Source of the DNA: a virus | Taxonomy: Duplodnaviria > Heunggongvirae > Uroviricota > Caudoviricetes | DNA length: 64,000 nucleotides | Strand: one strand, 5' to 3' | Virus record (IMG/VR): IMGVR_UViG_3300013800_000004 | Coordinates: 64,001-128,000 of that record | Part shown: positions 27,073-36,192 of the stretch, in pieces | How the letters are laid out: every line of letters begins with the position of its first letter | Position numbering within the stretch: position 1 is the stretch's first letter | Translations under genes and position numbers: made by a program | The notes under the pieces: generated by a model | Told to the model about the DNA's origin: nothing | The model's database searches: none | Seen by the model: only the letters and a program-made list of their open reading frames with translations

Positions 27073-28783
27073 CCCCGCGGAAGAGCTTCGTGCGTTCGTC
27101 ACGAACGTCCTCGTGGAAGGCATCAAGAGGGCTGGTCAGGTCTGGAATGGAAAGGACCTCGTCCCCATGCCCATGACCAATACTCCTGCCCCGGCACCGC
27201 CACCCATCATCTCCAAGGAGTTTGTCGCCCTGGGGGATCGGGTTTTGGCAGATGTTCAGAGCCGCTTTCGTAAGGGTGCACGCCCCTGGGTCGCGACTGA
27301 TTCGCGGGTGGGATACCCTGAGCCTGGATCACAGATCCGAGTCATCAGCAACAACAGCTTTCAAGATGCCGGTGCGGTGGATGACCTCCGCTCCATCACC
27401 CTCGTGTTCCGCTACGACGCAGCCCCTGGCGGTGGAAAGGGTGTTGCTCGGTACTTTGCGTACCGGAACGACCAGTACAAGAACAACCATGAGTGGTACT
27501 CGCTGGCCCAGGCCCTCCTGGAGATCCAGGCATTCTTGAACCAAGCCTTCCCCGGTGCTCAGAGGGTGCCCACATCCACGCTGGTCAAGCTGACCTCCGC
27601 GATGGCGTCCAAGATCGAGGCTGCTGTCAAGTTCAAGGGAGGCAAGCCCGCAACCGCACTCAGTCCCGACTCACGGGTTGGGTATGAGCACGGACATGAG
27701 ATCGCGCGCTACTCCCTGACCTGGGAGTACGACGGTCGCCGTGTCGGAGCAGAGATGTGGATTCGCAGGCCCCTCAACGGTGGGAAGCCTGAGTTCTCTG
27801 TGGAACGTGTGGTCGACCTTGCCCGACTTCCCAGTGTAGAGCAACTCGCTCGCGGCCCCTACACCCCGGCCAAGGTAATCGGGGTGTTCACCAAGATTGT
27901 GGACACGGTTGCGGCAGCCAACGCCGCAGACAAGATGGTCCGCGACCGCCTCCGCGCCGAGCAGGCCGAGAAGGATAGGCTTGAGCGGGAGGAGCAGGAG
28001 CGGGTGAAGCGGGAGGCCCCCACGGACTACATGGCGGAGATCACCGACGCCCTGAAGAGGATGCGGCTCGGGCCCGTAGGGGGTCGCGTCGTTGACGTGG
28101 ACTACTACCCCGGAGCACACCCCTCGTGGTCCGTGGAGCCGTCCAACCGTCAGCGCCTGGACCACTACGTCGGGAACAACTACGACCCTGGGGAGGATGA
28201 TGACCCGGAGGGCTGGGACCAGGACGGCTGGGATGAGGAATATGCAGGGCCCGTCTCGTCCGCCGCGTCCAAGTGGCTGGCGGAAGCCTTCGGCAGCGAG
28301 GGTCTGTTCTATGTCGAGGTTGGAGACAAGGGCCATCTCGACATCCAACTCACCCCCGCAGGCCGCATGAAGTTCCTCCCTGGAGCCAAGACGGCAGCGG
28401 CCTCGGTGGTCATCGACGGAGTCCCGTGCAAGTGGGTACGTGAACCCAAGCGCAAGGGCCGCGCGAACATGGGACGTGCCCCGGATAAGTTCCGCCCTTG
28501 GTCTTTGGTGGCGCCCGACGGGAGGGTTCTGGCAATGATCACTCACACCCATGATGTCCCGTCGTACTCGCCACCCAAGGAACCCCCTGCGTGGAAGATC
28601 AACATCCGGCTCGTCGCGAAGGAGTCCGACCAGAAGGCGCATGGCACCTACCGGCAATACACCCTCAAAGCCCGGATCCCGGCCCCTGACGGTGACACCG
28701 ATGAGGCCGCAGTGAAGCGCGCGATGGACACCGCGGTGATGGGGTATGAGAAACAGCGGGACACGTACTCACAGACTCCGTGA
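26900..28783 (+). CDS. multidomain protein, probable continuation of the upstream ORF via +1 frameshift
   Basis: Overlaps the upstream ORF by 173 nt; removing one C at 26896-26899 gives EPGP-LIKTVEITNLDK. Confidence 0.7.
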   Translation: MIKTVEITNLDKLAAPFRMTLHNGMVGWGWDGFRKPSPVFHDTHNTLKLGVVFDGKRDPAEELRAFVTNVLVEGIKRAGQVWNGKDLVPMPMTNTPAPAPPPIISKEFVALGDRVLADVQSRFRKGARPWVATDSRVGYPEPGSQIRVISNNSFQDAGAVDDLRSITLVFRYDAAPGGGKGVARYFAYRNDQYKNNHEWYSLAQALLEIQAFLNQAFPGAQRVPTSTLVKLTSAMASKIEAAVKFKGGKPATALSPDSRVGYEHGHEIARYSLTWEYDGRRVGAEMWIRRPLNGGKPEFSVERVVDLARLPSVEQLARGPYTPAKVIGVFTKIVDTVAAANAADKMVRDRLRAEQAEKDRLEREEQERVKREAPTDYMAEITDALKRMRLGPVGGRVVDVDYYPGAHPSWSVEPSNRQRLDHYVGNNYDPGEDDDPEGWDQDGWDEEYAGPVSSAASKWLAEAFGSEGLFYVEVGDKGHLDIQLTPAGRMKFLPGAKTAAASVVIDGVPCKWVREPKRKGRANMGRAPDKFRPWSLVAPDGRVLAMITHTHDVPSYSPPKEPPAWKINIRLVAKESDQKAHGTYRQYTLKARIPAPDGDTDEAAVKRAMDTAVMGYEKQRDTYSQTP

Positions 28784-28881
28784 CCGTCACCACGGTCTGC
28801 AAGAAGTTCCTGGCCTGATGGGCTGGTCGAGCTTCGTTCGATAGCCTATCTCTCCCACGCTCATGAAAGGTTTCCACCTCC

Positions 28882-29364
28882 ATGAGCGACACCCTCCGTT
28901 CCAAGGTCATCCGGCTGGCCCACCAGAACCCAGACCTCCGCCCGCACCTCATCCCATTGGTTACCAAAACAGCGGCGGTGGATGCGGACTCCTTCTATGG
29001 GGCAGAGAAGGCTCTGACGGTTCTCCTGGGAAAGACCATCCACAGCGTGTTGCAGGCAGAGTTTGGGGGGGAGATCAACCTCCGCGCCCCCAAGATCGTC
29101 CCCACCGTTCATGCGACGAGGCTTGAAATCGTGGGGTTGTTCGCCGATGACCCTACAGGCAATGACTACATCTGGGTCGATGTTGACACTGCCCACGACT
29201 ACACCGTGAAGTACACATTTGAGCGCGGGGGGAAGAATGTCGGGGTGGAAGTGCCCCTGAAGCACTTCAACAACTACTGGTCTCACGTCTCCGTCCCGAA
29301 GCTCGGGACGGACATCGCCAAGTTCGTGGTGAAGAAGCTGCGTGAGTATCTGGCTGGGCGCTGA
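28882..29364 (+). CDS. hypothetical protein carrying the N-terminal LR..IRLA..P.LRP module
   Basis: MSDTLRSKVIRLAHQNPDLRPHLIPLVTKTAA. Confidence 0.8.
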   Translation: MSDTLRSKVIRLAHQNPDLRPHLIPLVTKTAAVDADSFYGAEKALTVLLGKTIHSVLQAEFGGEINLRAPKIVPTVHATRLEIVGLFADDPTGNDYIWVDVDTAHDYTVKYTFERGGKNVGVEVPLKHFNNYWSHVSVPKLGTDIAKFVVKKLREYLAGR

Positions 29365-29365
29365 C

Positions 29366-29911
29366 CTATCGGCGGTGTTTCCGCCAGCACTTCTGGCACA
29401 TCGGCACGTACGCCTCGCCCCCTCCGACCAGCACGTCTCCGTCCTTCTTGACCATGCACGCCGACCGGGTGGCCTCCGCTCCGCACACACAGATGGCGGT
29501 GAGCTTCTCGGGCTTGTCTGCGAGGCACAAGAGGTGCCCCATGGGTCCGAAGGGGTAGCCCTCGGACGTGAGGTCGAGGCCTGCCACCACGATGTACACC
29601 CACTCGGGGATCTTCTCTAGCCACAGGGGGAGGTCGATGTCGAAGAACTGACCCTCCTCGATCACCAAGAGGTCTGGGAGGGGATTGGGCAGCCCCTCCC
29701 AGACCCCCCTTGAGTCCTCCACCACCCTCGGGATCACCTCCAGTGTGGCGAGGGACAGTCCACTGTGGGTGACCACTTGCCCATTGCTCCGGGTGTCCAG
29801 TTTCGGGACACACACGTCCACGGTTTTCTTGGAGCGCAGAGCCCTGGAGACGAGGCGGTAAAGGGTGGTGGATTTTTCCGATCTTACGGGACCGGTTACG
29901 ACATGGAGCAC
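29366..29911 (-). CDS. tdk: thymidine kinase
   Basis: VTGPVRSEKST, IEEGQFF, VAGLDLTSEGYPFG, CVCG...YVPMCQKCW. Confidence 0.92.
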   Translation of the reverse strand: MLHVVTGPVRSEKSTTLYRLVSRALRSKKTVDVCVPKLDTRSNGQVVTHSGLSLATLEVIPRVVEDSRGVWEGLPNPLPDLLVIEEGQFFDIDLPLWLEKIPEWVYIVVAGLDLTSEGYPFGPMGHLLCLADKPEKLTAICVCGAEATRSACMVKKDGDVLVGGGEAYVPMCQKCWRKHRR

Positions 29912-29933
29912 TGGGGATTCCTCCGAGGGGATG

Positions 29934-30119
29934 CTACCGGGTGGGGGACGGTCTCCCGGCGAACCGGGTCTGACAGACCCGTAGCAGGCACCGGAACCCT
30001 GTGAGAGAGGATCTCGTCTCAGTGGGGAGACGGAGCCAGATTTTCCCCACCCCGTCGCCAGTACGTTGCTGGTGGGAACCCCCCTTGAGTTGGTGGCGGG
30101 TCTTGCTTTCGGGTCTCAC
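29934..30119 (-). CDS. orphan FGE/CLec C-terminal cassette mini-protein (61 aa)
   Basis: GTGA overlap with the upstream stop; HQLKGGSH-X24-GFRCLLRVC. Confidence 0.55.
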   Translation of the reverse strand: MRPESKTRHQLKGGSHQQRTGDGVGKIWLRLPTETRSSLTGFRCLLRVCQTRFAGRPSPTR

Positions 30120-30544
30120 GGACCTTTCCGCACAATGTCTATGGCCTCCTGAAGGCGGGACTGAAGCACCCTCCACACGCGCTTGTCCGCATCCCAGCGG
30201 GCACCGATGGTCTTGAGCTTCTCCTTCACGTCGTAGGTCTTGCCCGGCACGGGGACCATTGGGTCCGCAACGCCGCCGTTGAGCACATTGGTCTCAGCCG
30301 CCGACAAGTACAGAACCGTCCCGCACAGGACGTGACAGGTCGTGCCGGGCGGATGCCGGGCTGCGTAGAACCGGGCCGCTCGTTCGTTGGCCAAGGTGGA
30401 CGATGCCGAGACCCACCATGTGGACCCATCGGGGGCACTGTTTGCCGTCGCGTAGGTCGCCCCAAGCACCGCACAGAGGTCGGCCTTGTTCTTGGGAGCC
30501 CCCACCTCTGTGGTCTCCCCTTCCATTGGGATAAGTGTGGCCAT
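30116..30544 (-). CDS. hypothetical protein with C-terminal DUF5710-like domain
   Basis: TYDVKEKLKTIGARWDADKRVW; class I motif 7 nt upstream. Confidence 0.75.
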   Translation of the reverse strand: MATLIPMEGETTEVGAPKNKADLCAVLGATYATANSAPDGSTWWVSASSTLANERAARFYAARHPPGTTCHVLCGTVLYLSAAETNVLNGGVADPMVPVPGKTYDVKEKLKTIGARWDADKRVWRVLQSRLQEAIDIVRKGP

Positions 30545-30644
30545 GTGTACGTTACGCCCACCGCCACTGCCAACGGTGATGAGGTTCTAGGCCCTACAAC
30601 CAAGACCCCCATAAACTTGGGGTACTGTCTGTTGGAGGTTCTGT

Positions 30645-31538
30645 ATGAGTTTCGGATGGACTGGGTTCTTCAGGCAGGGTGCATACAGGGCTTTTCGGAC
30701 ATTCATCCTGAACCAGCGTCGGGACGTGGTGGCCCGGTTGACCACTATCAACGCTGAACTCGCCCGCATCGGGGAGATCCAGATCGTGTACGAGGTCTCT
30801 GCAACTGACCCAAACAGGGTGACTGAACGGAGGATTGGGTTCAATGTCACCCCAAATACCTCGATTGAGCATCTCGTGCGGGCATACATCGCTCAAGGGG
30901 GAAATGTCATGGACATTTCGATGTTCCTGACACCGGATTCTGTCGAGGTGGTGGAGTCTGACACCCCTGGCAACCGGCCAGAGGGCAGTGGGGTGGATAC
31001 CACACCAAGCTCGTCGTTCCGGGACACACAGCCCTACGGCGGCATCGCGTCGTCACAGAGCACGGACCCTCTCGCGGGTGGGTTGTACACGGGCGGGTGG
31101 CTCCCCATGTGGCGCTACCCGCCGCGGCGCTTCGGCAACACGGTGAGCTACACTGCCGCGTCGGCAGACATGACCAGGACCGTTCACGCGGCACGGGGGT
31201 GGGTGACGCAAGAGATCAAGACCCTGAGGAACGACCTTGAGGCCCGGATCATCAAGCTCATGGACCTCCGGGAGCAACTCAAGAAGGAGCGGGACGAACT
31301 TCTCCCCACTGCTGTGGGGGGCTGCATCCCCGACCTTCATTGGTCGGCTGAAGAGTTTTCCACGTCGCACAACGTGGCCACCATCGTGGACCAGTTCGAC
31401 GCGGTGTTCTACCCGGAAGTGCTCCCCGACGGGTCGCGTGACTTCACCCGCCCACGGATCACGGGCCCGAACCCCTCAGACCCCATGCTCCTCGATGACG
31501 CCCCGAATGGGGAAGAGGATTTTTGTGCGCTGGGGTAG
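30645..31538 (+). CDS. hypothetical protein, probably structural
   Basis: GGAGG before the start; immediately upstream of baseplate genes. Confidence 0.75.
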   Translation: MSFGWTGFFRQGAYRAFRTFILNQRRDVVARLTTINAELARIGEIQIVYEVSATDPNRVTERRIGFNVTPNTSIEHLVRAYIAQGGNVMDISMFLTPDSVEVVESDTPGNRPEGSGVDTTPSSSFRDTQPYGGIASSQSTDPLAGGLYTGGWLPMWRYPPRRFGNTVSYTAASADMTRTVHAARGWVTQEIKTLRNDLEARIIKLMDLREQLKKERDELLPTAVGGCIPDLHWSAEEFSTSHNVATIVDQFDAVFYPEVLPDGSRDFTRPRITGPNPSDPMLLDDAPNGEEDFCALG

Positions 31539-31567
31539 GCACATTCCCCACATGTAAGACCAGCCGT

Positions 31568-31589
31568 AGACACCCTAAGAAGGGTGTCT
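31568..31589. terminator. short hairpin
   Basis: AGACACCCT-AAGA-AGGGTGTCT between 31538 and the baseplate operon. Confidence 0.45.
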
Positions 31590-31715
31590 TGGTCGGGGGG
31601 TTGCCGAGGGAGCTCCTCATCTCCGTGATGCCCTTTCCATCTGCGTCCAGTTCACCATGGACAGTGTTACGCCCGGACGAGCGGTATCCCCGCTATCGCA
31701 CGCCCACGGTGAACC

Positions 31716-32816
31716 ATGTCGCGCGATGTACAGCTTGCCTTCCCGTGTAGCCACGTCATTGGTGAGGAGCGGGTCGCTCTTGGGGCGGACCGACGGACCT
31801 TGTACACGTCCAAGCCCATCTCCGGGGCGACCCTTCTGCGGGTTGTGGCTGACGACACCTACCCGGTGTCTCCGTTCACCGGGTTCGTGACCACGGCGAC
31901 GGTGAAGTCGTACCGTCGCGAGCCCTACCGGGTCACCCAGGCCAACCGCACCCTGACTCTCACCACCCAACTTGGTACCGCCACGGTGAATCTCACCCCT
32001 GGGTACCTGTCCGCGGCTCAGGTGATTGCCGCCATCAACGCGGTGGCTTCGCGGTTGGTGGTTCTCACCAGCCCTAACGGGTACGTGACGGTAGCCGACG
32101 CAGGCGACCCGGGGGCGTCATCTCGGGTACAACTCTCTGGGACGGCCTTGGAAGCTCTTGGGTTCGATGAGCAATCAGGGGACAAGGGCAAGTTGGTGAT
32201 CCCCCCGTGGCGTCTGTATTCACGCTCCGTGGTGAACCCTCAAGACGCCGTGGACTCCCTGGGGTACTTCATCCGGTTCGATGCTCCTGTAAAGTCGGGC
32301 ATGTACTTCACGGTGACCTACCCTGTGGCCCAGAACCTGTGCCTCCGGTGCCTCACCACAGGCGTGGAGAATGACTACCGCTTCGACTCACAGGGAGCGG
32401 TGATGATGGTGGCGGACGAAAACCTCCTGTACCAGTCGATCCTCAAGGTGATCCTCACGGAGATTCGCTCGAACATCTACTATCCCTGGTACGGGTCATC
32501 CTTGTCATCCCGTATTGGGTCCAAGGTGCTGGGGGGCACAGCGACGGGTATTCGTCAGTCGGTGGCATCAGCCTTGACAATGTTCCAAAACCTCCAGAAC
32601 TCCTTGTCCCGATACCAACGGATCACGGCCAAGGAAAGGCTGTTTGCGGTGGACGGGATTGGAGTGACTCAGTCACCGAATGACCCCACGGTCTTCTTCA
32701 TTGAAGTGAACGTGAGAAACTACGCATCTGAGCCAGTGAACATCGACATCGTGTACACTGCGCCCGGGACGTATGCCCTACCCGGGACCAACCAACTCTC
32801 CTTGGGGAGCTTCTGA
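31716..32816 (+). CDS. baseplate wedge protein with C-terminal gp25-like domain
   Basis: ENLLYQSILKVILTE...YPWYGSSL...IRQSV...NDPTVFFIEVNV. Confidence 0.75.
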   Translation: MSRDVQLAFPCSHVIGEERVALGADRRTLYTSKPISGATLLRVVADDTYPVSPFTGFVTTATVKSYRREPYRVTQANRTLTLTTQLGTATVNLTPGYLSAAQVIAAINAVASRLVVLTSPNGYVTVADAGDPGASSRVQLSGTALEALGFDEQSGDKGKLVIPPWRLYSRSVVNPQDAVDSLGYFIRFDAPVKSGMYFTVTYPVAQNLCLRCLTTGVENDYRFDSQGAVMMVADENLLYQSILKVILTEIRSNIYYPWYGSSLSSRIGSKVLGGTATGIRQSVASALTMFQNLQNSLSRYQRITAKERLFAVDGIGVTQSPNDPTVFFIEVNVRNYASEPVNIDIVYTAPGTYALPGTNQLSLGSF

Positions 32817-32817
32817 G

Positions 32818-35800
32818 ATGGCTACACTGGTTCAGTTTCTTGGTCCTGATGGCGTTCTTCGGGTGAGTTCGGCATTCTCCACCACGAGCACCAACCGCTT
32901 CTTCACGGGCACCCTCCCTGACGACGCCGTGGATGTGGAGGTGTCGGTCTATGGGCAGCCCTTCACCAGCGACCCCACCCTTGTGGCCTTCGCAGGCACT
33001 GGGTTCACGGTCCCCAACCCTGCGGCGTTTCCAAACGGCCTCGACCTGTTCTCGGGGGACAACACCATTCAGGTGCGCTCTGTCGGGCTCACAGGTGCCC
33101 GTAGCGCCGCGGCAACAGTAGTGGCCCGGCTGCTCCCGCCCGACGAGGCGGACGTGTTCTTGCCGCCGTCTGGGGTCACCATTGAGCGTCTGGACGGGTC
33201 GGTGCGGGTGACGGCACAGGGTCTCACGGACTCTCGCGTGACGGGGTACAACTTCTACGCTGCCACGGATGCGGGCGGAGGTCTTGGGGGCTACTCACTT
33301 CTCAACGTCTCTCCGGTGAAAGTGGGGGAGTCCACACAGGAGGTGACAGACCTGTTCACCCTCACGTCGGACAACCCTGCACAGACCGCAACCCCCCTGT
33401 ACTACAAGGTCGTGATCGACCAGGAGACAGATGCCGGGGTGGTGCTGTCTGCCGACGTGGACTCACGGGTGGAGATCCCAAGCACGGTGAGCACCGTCCG
33501 TTCCACTGTAGTGGTTTCGTCCGTGGACACCATCACGTACTACAGCTTCCAGCACACTCGGAATGCCACACCACAGTCAACCCCTGCGACGATCTTCTCG
33601 GGCCGGTTCGCCAGCACCCCCCCGACAGATCTTCTGTACTACGTGGTGACGGCCATCTACTTCGACCCGATCCTCCAAGTGGAGTACGAGTCGTACTTCT
33701 CCCCCGAGGTGGTGGGGGCACCCGCACAGGTGCGCCAGCAAATCAACGGCATCACCGCGGTCTCCAGGCAACAGATCCTCGAACAGGCTATCGGGACCCT
33801 GTACCGCCAGAACCCTGACATCGCAGTGCAGCCTGGGTCGGTGGTCCGGGACATCTTCCTCGACCCGTTCACCACGGAGGCCGAGCGACTGCGCTTGCTC
33901 CTGGACTACGTCTACCGGGCGAGCTCGTTTGACACCTTGCTTCTGGTGGACGACCCCAGCGGGTCCGGGGTGTCCATCGACCCAGCAAGTTCGGGGTACA
34001 AGACCGCCCTGGCAGCGGCGCTGTTCTACTCGAACGTGACCGACGTGCAGAACGTCATCGACGGGTCATTCGACAAGCTCGCCGCCAACTTTGCTGAGAC
34101 TCGTCTCGCAGGGCGGAACTCCGTGGGGGAGGTCCGGTTCTACACCTCGGGCACGCCCACCCAGTCCATCGCCATCCCTCTTGGGACAGTGGTAACGGGC
34201 GGTGGCATTCAGTTTCGCACCACTCGGTCGGCCACCCTGCTCATCTCACAGCTTGCGTCATACTGGAACCCGTCCACACGGCAGTACAGCATCACGGTCC
34301 CCATCCGTTCTGTGACGACGGGTCGGGCGACCAATGTGGGTGCCCGCCAGATCAACTCATCAAGCGTGTATGGGATGTCCGTCATCAATGACGCGGCGAC
34401 CTTTGGAGGCACCGAGGAGGAAACCAACGCCCAACTCGCAGCAAGGGCGCGCTCGGCGCTGTCCTCCGTGGACACAGGCACCACACCGGGCTACCTCCAG
34501 ACGGCCGCGGGTGTCCCTGGCACTGTCCAAAACATGGTGGTCCGGGCGGGCAACCCGCTGATGCAGCGGGACTACGACACCGAACTCAAGCGCCACATGG
34601 GGGGCAAGGTGGATGTGTGGGCACGGGGCACCCGCCTTGTGGATGTGACAGACACTTTCGCGTTCACCTATGAACGTCGCAACAGTGTGCAGTTCGTGGT
34701 GGTGGGGGATGTGCTGAACTACACGTTCCGGGCGGTGAGCGATGAGGTCACCCCGGCGAACCCCATCGCCTCAATGCTGGACTACTCGGCCCTCGGGCTC
34801 GGGCTGAAGAACGTGACCACGGGGGAGATGTTTGATCTCACGGGTGTCACATACCTCGACTACAACACCATCCAGCTTGACGTGTCTTTGTCCCAGCCGC
34901 CGGTCACCCTCACGGACATTATCCTTGGGGATTTCCGGTACCGGCTCGGGAACTCCCACCTGTTCTCACGGCAGCCCGTGATCTCCGTGTCGGGTGTGAC
35001 GGGCATTGTGGTTGGTTCCCTGGACATGTCTCTGTACTCCCTGGTACACCCCAACTCTCCATTGGGGCTCGGGTGCTCCACACAAGCCGGGGACTACCTC
35101 CAGATCAACGAGTCGTCCGATCCCACCGTGGTGTCCCCGTCTGGCAGCCTCATCACGGTGACCGACGAGCCCCACCTCCTTACGGGGTCATACACAGAGT
35201 TCCTCAACACTCTGGGGGCAGAGCCTCTGTCCATCGTGGTGACCGATCAGCTGGGCGTCGTCACGTACAAGGGTCCGTATGACCCCAGCGGCACGCCCGA
35301 CTACACGGTCATCGAGGGCACTTCCACCGTGGCTACGGGAATCCGGCGCACTGCCACGAGTGCCATTGCGGACGGTCAGACGGTGCTGGTTTCGTACGTC
35401 TATTACGAGAACTTCACCGTCACCTACCAGACCAACTTGGTGACATCGGCGCTGCAACAGGCCCTGGACGACATGTCTCACGCTACTGCCAGCGTCCTGG
35501 CGAAGCAGGCAGTGCTTACCCCCGTGGACATCACCGCGACGGTGGTGCTCAAGAGGGGCGTAGACCGTGCAAACACAGACATCGCCCTCCGCAACAATCT
35601 CCAGTACCTTGTAGGCACCCTCAAGTTGGGAGACCCCATGCGACGGAGCGACGTGATCTCAGAGATGGACAACACCGCGGGGGTCTCCTACGTGGTGGTG
35701 CCGCTCACCAAGATGGTGCGCGCAGCAGGGTATCAGGTCGTGCGGAACGACCTGACCACGTCATCGTTCGGAGATGCCTACCGGGTGAATGCTTGGTCCA

Positions 35801-36192
35801 ACACTCATTCCGCCGTGTGGTTGATTCTCCAGGGGCTGGATGCGCCTACTCTTACGGGCGGCGGAGACCCCAATATGTTCCGTGGGGTGTACCAGGACGA
35901 CAACGAACTGTCTTTGCAACTCACCGCACCACAGAACCTCGGGATGGCGTCCAACCAAGCCTACATCATCGGCGTCGAGGGTCTGGCCATCCCTGGGTAC
36001 GGGACCGAGCCCGTCAAGAACCATGTGCTGGTGTCCCTCCCTATCGGAGACGCACCATCGAACCACGCATACTGGTGCACCTATGTCACCGCGGAGGACA
36101 CAGGCGACCACGACATTGATCCAAACAGTATGGAATTTCTGGTCCTTGGCGACGTGCAAATCACGTATTCCGAAGATGGGGCTGCACAGTGA
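32818..36192 (+). CDS. baseplate J-like (gp6-like) wedge protein
   Basis: PGSVVRDIF, IPLGTVV, FGGTEEETNAQLAARA, GGKVDVW. Confidence 0.8.
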   Translation: MATLVQFLGPDGVLRVSSAFSTTSTNRFFTGTLPDDAVDVEVSVYGQPFTSDPTLVAFAGTGFTVPNPAAFPNGLDLFSGDNTIQVRSVGLTGARSAAATVVARLLPPDEADVFLPPSGVTIERLDGSVRVTAQGLTDSRVTGYNFYAATDAGGGLGGYSLLNVSPVKVGESTQEVTDLFTLTSDNPAQTATPLYYKVVIDQETDAGVVLSADVDSRVEIPSTVSTVRSTVVVSSVDTITYYSFQHTRNATPQSTPATIFSGRFASTPPTDLLYYVVTAIYFDPILQVEYESYFSPEVVGAPAQVRQQINGITAVSRQQILEQAIGTLYRQNPDIAVQPGSVVRDIFLDPFTTEAERLRLLLDYVYRASSFDTLLLVDDPSGSGVSIDPASSGYKTALAAALFYSNVTDVQNVIDGSFDKLAANFAETRLAGRNSVGEVRFYTSGTPTQSIAIPLGTVVTGGGIQFRTTRSATLLISQLASYWNPSTRQYSITVPIRSVTTGRATNVGARQINSSSVYGMSVINDAATFGGTEEETNAQLAARARSALSSVDTGTTPGYLQTAAGVPGTVQNMVVRAGNPLMQRDYDTELKRHMGGKVDVWARGTRLVDVTDTFAFTYERRNSVQFVVVGDVLNYTFRAVSDEVTPANPIASMLDYSALGLGLKNVTTGEMFDLTGVTYLDYNTIQLDVSLSQPPVTLTDIILGDFRYRLGNSHLFSRQPVISVSGVTGIVVGSLDMSLYSLVHPNSPLGLGCSTQAGDYLQINESSDPTVVSPSGSLITVTDEPHLLTGSYTEFLNTLGAEPLSIVVTDQLGVVTYKGPYDPSGTPDYTVIEGTSTVATGIRRTATSAIADGQTVLVSYVYYENFTVTYQTNLVTSALQQALDDMSHATASVLAKQAVLTPVDITATVVLKRGVDRANTDIALRNNLQYLVGTLKLGDPMRRSDVISEMDNTAGVSYVVVPLTKMVRAAGYQVVRNDLTTSSFGDAYRVNAWSNTHSAVWLILQGLDAPTLTGGGDPNMFRGVYQDDNELSLQLTAPQNLGMASNQAYIIGVEGLAIPGYGTEPVKNHVLVSLPIGDAPSNHAYWCTYVTAEDTGDHDIDPNSMEFLVLGDVQITYSEDGAAQ

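Noticed and set aside
28863-29126. Alternative ORF whose ATG is 13 nt from the CTAT motif
   Set aside because: Low-complexity P/G/R translation overlapping the well-supported 28882 gene that carries the shared module.
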